Part shown: piece after piece, positions 8,541-12,384 of the stretch
Layout of the letters: each line of letters begins with the position of its first letter
How positions within the stretch are numbered: the stretch's first letter is position 1
Origin: Acidobacteriota bacterium
Lineage (GTDB): Bacteria; Acidobacteriota; UBA6911; JACQSX01
Assembly (NCBI GenBank): GCA_036507075.1
Contig: DASXQR010000139.1
Location: forward strand, 1-12,384
Direction of reading: 5' to 3'
Length of the DNA stretch: 12,384 nucleotides
The notes under the pieces: generated by a model
What the model was told of the DNA's origin: nothing
The model's database searches: none
What the model saw: only the letters and a program-made list of their open reading frames with translations
Made by a program: the position numbers and the translations under genes

Positions 8541-8951
8541 ATGAGCATTGTTGCGCTCGATATCGGAGACAAATATATCGGCATTGCTGTGAGCGATCCG
8601 ATGGGGATCGTATCCAGGCCCTACAAAACTCTCGTCCGCACGTCACTGGCTCAGGACCTGCAGGAGCTAAAACGCATCCTTGAAGAGCGAGCTGCAGAAC
8701 TGCTGGTCGTCGGGTACCCGAAAAACATGGATGGTTCCGTGGGCCCGCGCGCGCATCGCGTGGAGGACATGATTTCATCATTGCAGAAGCTGGGGGTGCC
8801 CGTCGTCAAAGTGGACGAGAGGCTTTCCAGCCGTGAAGCCGAGGACCACATGGTGCGAGCAGGACTGGCTCAGCGCGAGCGAAACGCCCGGCGCGACGAG
8901 TTCGCCGCGGCCGTGATTTTGCAGCGGTATCTCGAGGAGGGTTCCCTTTGA
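8541..8951 (+). CDS. ruvX: YqgF/RuvX RNase H-like nuclease (putative pre-16S rRNA nuclease)
   Basis: Motifs ALDIGDKYIGIAVSD, VVGYP, VDERLSS and DEFAAAVILQRYL; 136 aa; adjacent to mltG, a common gene order. Confidence 0.93.
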   Translation: MSIVALDIGDKYIGIAVSDPMGIVSRPYKTLVRTSLAQDLQELKRILEERAAELLVVGYPKNMDGSVGPRAHRVEDMISSLQKLGVPVVKVDERLSSREAEDHMVRAGLAQRERNARRDEFAAAVILQRYLEEGSL

Positions 8952-9991
8952 TGAGAGTCTTGGTATGGTTCCTGGTGGTCCTGGTACTGCTGCTGGGCGC
9001 GGCCGGCTATGGATGGATTACTATTCACACTCCTTTCAAAGGCTATTCAGGCGCGGAGAAAATTGTGGGAATTGACCGTGGTGACAGCGCCCGAAGGATC
9101 TCCTATCGAATGGCCGAGAACGGCGTGGTCCGATCCGCTCCTTTGTTTTACATCTATCTGCGCTCTGCAGGTAAAGCGGGCCGCATGAAGGCGGGAGATT
9201 ACCAGTTCACTCATCCGGTGACGATGGCACAGGTGGCTGACAAGCTGTATCGCGGCGATGTGTACCTGCTCAGGGTGACCGTCCCGGAGGGACTGATCCA
9301 TGAGGAAATTAAGCCCCTTTTTCTGCATGAGGGCCTGGGAAGGGAAGAAGACTTCGACCAGGCCTTCCGGGACGTCAGATTGATCCAGGATTGGGACGAA
9401 AAGGCGCAAAATCTGGAAGGTTATCTTTTTCCAGACACCTACTTATTTCCGCGGCAGACCACCGCGGCCCAGGTGCTGGAGCAGATGGTCAAGAACTTTC
9501 GCAAGCGTATGGACAGCTCGCGGATGGAACGCGCAAGACAGCTCAACATGAGCGTAAGGCAAGTGGTGACTCTGGCAAGCCTGATCGAGAAGGAAACTGC
9601 GTTGGAGTCGGAGCGGTTTCTGGTTTCCTCGGTCTACCACAATAGAATGAAGCAGGGGATGGTTCTGGCGTGTGATCCGACCGTGATTTACGCTGCGCGC
9701 CTGCTGAACCGGTGGGACGGCGTGATCAACCAGAGCGATCTGGCCATTGAATCGCCCTATAACACCTACAAGTACGCGGGCTTGCCCCCCGGACCGATTG
9801 CCAATCCCGGAGTTAAGTCCCTGGATGCGGCCCTTCATCCCGCCGATACACGCTACCTTTATTTTGTCGCCCGCGACGATCATTCTCACATTTTCAACGA
9901 AGATTTTGCCTCTCACCAGAAGGCCGTGGCGGATTACCGCAAGATGAAACCTGGACTGCGGGACGGAGGGATTGAGGGACGGAGGAACTGA
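8951..9991 (+). CDS. mltG: Endolytic peptidoglycan transglycosylase MltG (YceG)
   Basis: N-terminal TM anchor, VTVPEG, LEGYLFPDTY, ASLIEKET (catalytic Glu), CDPT, SPYNTY, GLPPGPIANPG and YLYFV. ATG 8951 overlaps the ruvX stop (TGATG); TTG 8948 is an alternative start. Confidence 0.95.
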   Translation: MRVLVWFLVVLVLLLGAAGYGWITIHTPFKGYSGAEKIVGIDRGDSARRISYRMAENGVVRSAPLFYIYLRSAGKAGRMKAGDYQFTHPVTMAQVADKLYRGDVYLLRVTVPEGLIHEEIKPLFLHEGLGREEDFDQAFRDVRLIQDWDEKAQNLEGYLFPDTYLFPRQTTAAQVLEQMVKNFRKRMDSSRMERARQLNMSVRQVVTLASLIEKETALESERFLVSSVYHNRMKQGMVLACDPTVIYAARLLNRWDGVINQSDLAIESPYNTYKYAGLPPGPIANPGVKSLDAALHPADTRYLYFVARDDHSHIFNEDFASHQKAVADYRKMKPGLRDGGIEGRRN

Positions 9992-10346
9992 GGGACGGAG
10001 GGATGGAGGGACTGAGGGACTGAGGGATGGAGGGACTGAGGGACTGAGGGATGGGGGGACTGAGGGATGGAGGGATGGAGGGCATACGGGATGTTGCGGA
10101 GGACTGGGTTGCAGACTCTGCGCAGCCTCGGCGGTCCCAGCGTCTCGGCGGTGAAAGCGGTGTGCTAAGTCAAGCCCGCCCGTAAACTTGGGCACAACAC
10201 TCTGACAGGCATGATTACCTTCGCATGCACGGCATAGATTTTCACGCAGTAGTCCCTCCATCCCTCAGTCCCTCAATCCCTCCGTCCCTCCATCCCTTAG
10301 TCCCTCCATCCCTCAGTCCCTCCTTCCCTCAGTCCCCTCCTTCCTC
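9953..10346. repeat. Inverted octamer tandem-repeat element (GGAYKGAG ... MRTCCCTC)
   Basis: 16 octamers at 9953-10080 and about 12 reverse-complement octamers at 10251-10346, enclosing a core of about 168 nt. Confidence 0.95.
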
Positions 10347-10347
10347 G

Positions 10348-10353
10348 TATAAT
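10348..10353 (+). promoter_or_regulatory. Putative sigma70 -10 box for the S41 gene
   Basis: Perfect TATAAT 32 nt upstream of ATG 10386, with an AAGGA RBS-like sequence at 10375-10379. The -35 position falls inside the octamer arm. Confidence 0.5.
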
Positions 10354-10385
10354 GTGGCTATTGAAAACTAGAAGAAGGACTTCGA

Positions 10386-11630
10386 ATGCACTCTAAAGGC
10401 CGCCTGCTGATTCTTTTTGTATCCGTATTTTTTGTCGCCTACGCCGTAGTTGGAGGAATGCTTGGACGCGTTGAAGACGCGCGCGTGAAAACTTACAAGG
10501 AGCTCCGGTTATTTTCAGACGTGCTGGCAAAGATCCAGTCCGACTATGTGGACATACCGGATCTGGGAAAGACGCTGGCCGGCGCGCTTCAGGGAATGCT
10601 CGACGCCCTCGATCCCTACTGCAGCTATGTTCCTGCCAACGCGGTAGTGGAGATGAAGAATCGGAATGAGAAATTCAAGGGCGAAGTCGGTGTTTTTATG
10701 GCCAAACGCTACGGATATGGTTACGTGGTCACGGTGCTTGACGGAGGCCCGGCGGATGCGGCGGGTCTGAGGACCGGGGACATCATTGAAAGCGTCAGCG
10801 GAAAGCTGACGACGGCCTTAAGCCTGGCTGAGATCGAGAGCCAGTTGCGCGGGCCGGAAGGAACGCCGGTTGAGCTGATGGTCATCCACCCCCGAAGCGC
10901 CGAAGCCGTCAAGATTTCCCCGCAGCGAAAGCTTTTTAGCGCAGCTTCGGTTCAGGCCAAGGTTGTTGAGCCGGAAATTGGCTATTTGAAGATTCCGACC
11001 TTCTCACCAGGCATTTTTGATCAGGCTGCGGCAAAGCTGCGGATGCTTTCCAGCGGCAAGCTTTCCGGCCTGGTGCTGGACCTGCGGGGCACGACGATGG
11101 GGAATTACGAGGAAGCGCTCAAGGTGGCCGACCTTTTCCTGCCTTCCGGAAAAATGATGGCTTCCCTCAACGACCGAAAGCAGAAGATTAAGGACTACAT
11201 TTCAACCGACAGCAGTTCGGATACCAGCGTGCCGGTGGCGATCCTGACTTCGACTGGAACCAGCGGTCCGGCTGAGGTTCTGATTGCGGCTTTGAAGGAT
11301 AACAAGCGTGTCAGAGTGATCGGAGAACGGACCTCTGGAACGGCCTCCCTGCAGAAGTCGGTAGAATTGGAAGACGGCGCCCTTTTGATTGTCACCACCG
11401 AGCTCTTCCACAGCCCGGCAGGGGATCCGATCCAGAACAAGAACATGAAGAAGTCGGGAGTACAGCCCGATGAGAAAGTTCCGGATGACGCATTTCTGAC
11501 CAACTTCTACTACCAGAACCCCAGCCTGTCCAGCGAAGAGCAATACCAGCATCTGATTGTCGAGGTTGAGAAGCTGCAGCTCCAGAAGGCCATTGACTCC
11601 CTGAAAGGCTCGATCAAGAAAGCAGCCTGA
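10386..11630 (+). CDS. S41/CtpA-like C-terminal processing protease homologue with PDZ domain, probably catalytically degenerate
   Basis: N-terminal signal or TM segment, F..VL..I..DYVD, GML.ALDPY, a PDZ domain (GGPADAAGLRTGDII), IGYLKI, LVLDLR and GVQPD. The active-site motifs are altered (see findings). Confidence 0.88.
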   Translation: MHSKGRLLILFVSVFFVAYAVVGGMLGRVEDARVKTYKELRLFSDVLAKIQSDYVDIPDLGKTLAGALQGMLDALDPYCSYVPANAVVEMKNRNEKFKGEVGVFMAKRYGYGYVVTVLDGGPADAAGLRTGDIIESVSGKLTTALSLAEIESQLRGPEGTPVELMVIHPRSAEAVKISPQRKLFSAASVQAKVVEPEIGYLKIPTFSPGIFDQAAAKLRMLSSGKLSGLVLDLRGTTMGNYEEALKVADLFLPSGKMMASLNDRKQKIKDYISTDSSSDTSVPVAILTSTGTSGPAEVLIAALKDNKRVRVIGERTSGTASLQKSVELEDGALLIVTTELFHSPAGDPIQNKNMKKSGVQPDEKVPDDAFLTNFYYQNPSLSSEEQYQHLIVEVEKLQLQKAIDSLKGSIKKAA

Positions 11631-11633
11631 CGC

Positions 11634-11795
11634 CGGAAGGCGGAAGGCGGTCGCAGATTCTTTGTGATCTTTGTGTCTTTGTGGTGAATCTAAATTAACC
11701 ACAAAGGCACAAAGGACACAAAGTCCCGCCTTCCGCCTTCCGCCTTCCGCCTTCCGCCTTCCGCTTTCCGCTTTCCGCCTTCCGCTTTCCGCCTT
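11634..11795. repeat. Nested palindrome: heptamer arms (CGGAAGG / CCGCYTT) around a 30-bp hairpin
   Basis: CGGAAGG x2.4 (11634-11650), an inner inverted repeat at 11660-11689 / 11694-11723 (26/30 complementary, CTAA loop), then CCGCYTT x10 (11726-11795). Confidence 0.92.
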
Positions 11796-11840
11796 TCGCT
11801 CCCCAACACCCTGAAACCCGCTCCCAGCGTGGATTTCCGA

Positions 11841-11869
11841 TTGCTTTTAAAAGGCGCGTTTGCTATAAA
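11841..11869 (+). promoter_or_regulatory. Putative sigma70 promoter of hup
   Basis: TTGCTT (11841-11846), a 17-nt spacer ending TGC, and TATAAA (11864-11869). AGGAG RBS at 11911-11915. Confidence 0.6.
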
Positions 11870-11922
11870 CGCTGCGTTGCTGTTTCCCGGATCGTCAACC
11901 CCAACCCTCAAGGAGAAATCTT

Positions 11923-12198
11923 ATGAATAAAGGTGATCTCATAGCAAAAATTGCTGCCGATGCCAGCATTACCCGCAGTCAGGCAACAGATGCATTGAAT
12001 TCATTCATCGATAACGTAACCAAAACGCTCAAGGGCGGCAAGAAAGTGACCATCGTAGGATTCGGAACTTTTGGGACGAGCAAACGCAAGGCCCGAACCG
12101 GAAGAAATCCTCAGACCGGCAAGCCGATTCGGATCCCGGCCAAGAAAGTAGCGCGCTTTTCAGCCGGAAAGCAGTTAAAGGACAGCGTTAATAAGTAA
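11923..12198 (+). CDS. hup: Histone-like DNA-binding protein HU
   Basis: 91 aa, MNKGDLI.., GFGTF, RKARTGRNPQTG..I.IPA and F.AGK.LK; strong RBS. Confidence 0.97.
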   Translation: MNKGDLIAKIAADASITRSQATDALNSFIDNVTKTLKGGKKVTIVGFGTFGTSKRKARTGRNPQTGKPIRIPAKKVARFSAGKQLKDSVNK

Positions 12199-12278
12199 CA
12201 GTTTAGTTTGGCCCTGCCCGTCGAAAAAGAATTTTCACCACAGAGGCTTAGCGCGGCGAAGCCGCAACCAAAAGTCAA

Positions 12279-12349
12279 GGAGAGACGGCCTGAGGGCCGT
12301 CTCTCTGCGGTGTCCTGCCAAGCTGAGACGGCCCTCAGGCCGTCTCTCC
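12279..12349. repeat. GGAG-foot REP doublet (perfect 25-bp inverted repeat)
   Basis: GGAGAGACGGCCTGAGGGCCGTCTC (12279-12303) is the exact reverse complement of 12325-12349. Each unit is itself a hairpin GAGACGGCC/GGCCGTCTC. The spacer is 21 nt. Confidence 0.8.
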
Positions 12350-12384
12350 GCTCCCGAATAATTTGCGCAGGCCGCGAAAATTCT

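Noticed and set aside
9443..10261. 272-aa minus-strand ORF with PSVPPSLS repeats (also 9894-10085 and 9972-10154)
   Set aside because: It is a translation of the octamer DNA array and lies largely antisense to mltG, with no independent coding evidence.
9953..10346. CRISPR array interpretation of the repeat regions
   Set aside because: Units are 7-9 nt and contiguous, with no 25-40-nt repeats separated by unique spacers and no cas genes.
10386..11630. Calling the S41 gene a pseudogene, or naming it ctpA/prc
   Set aside because: The ORF is full-length with expression signals, so it is not a pseudogene. The missing dyad makes an active-protease symbol unsupported.
11690..11911. 73-aa ORF with AEGGRRK repeats
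   Set aside because: It is the reading of the CCGCYTT heptamer array and overlaps the hup promoter.
12199..12240. Intrinsic terminator after hup
   Set aside because: No convincing GC stem followed by a U-tract; the downstream hairpins fit repeat elements better.

Overview
This bacterial window (GC-rich) holds nine housekeeping or envelope-type genes. In order they are an acyl-CoA thioesterase, a B12-binding radical SAM enzyme, a WcaJ/WbaP-type priming glycosyltransferase, a heterodimeric ABC exporter pair, a secreted hypothetical protein, ruvX-mltG, an S41/CtpA-like protein and HU. The unusual part is the non-coding DNA: almost every intergenic region carries a palindromic repeat element. 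Four are bipartite elements whose inverted arms are tandem 7-mers or 8-mers around a variable core (2323-2526, 8435-8535, 9953-10346, 11634-11795). There is also a dispersed TTCACCRC.. 8-9-mer family (five copies), two REP doublets with GTAG and GGAG feet, and a MITE-like inverted repeat, and several of these are nested in one another. No mobilising enzyme is encoded in the window. The S41 homologue appears to lack both catalytic residues. All calls come from reading motifs by eye; no database searches were run.
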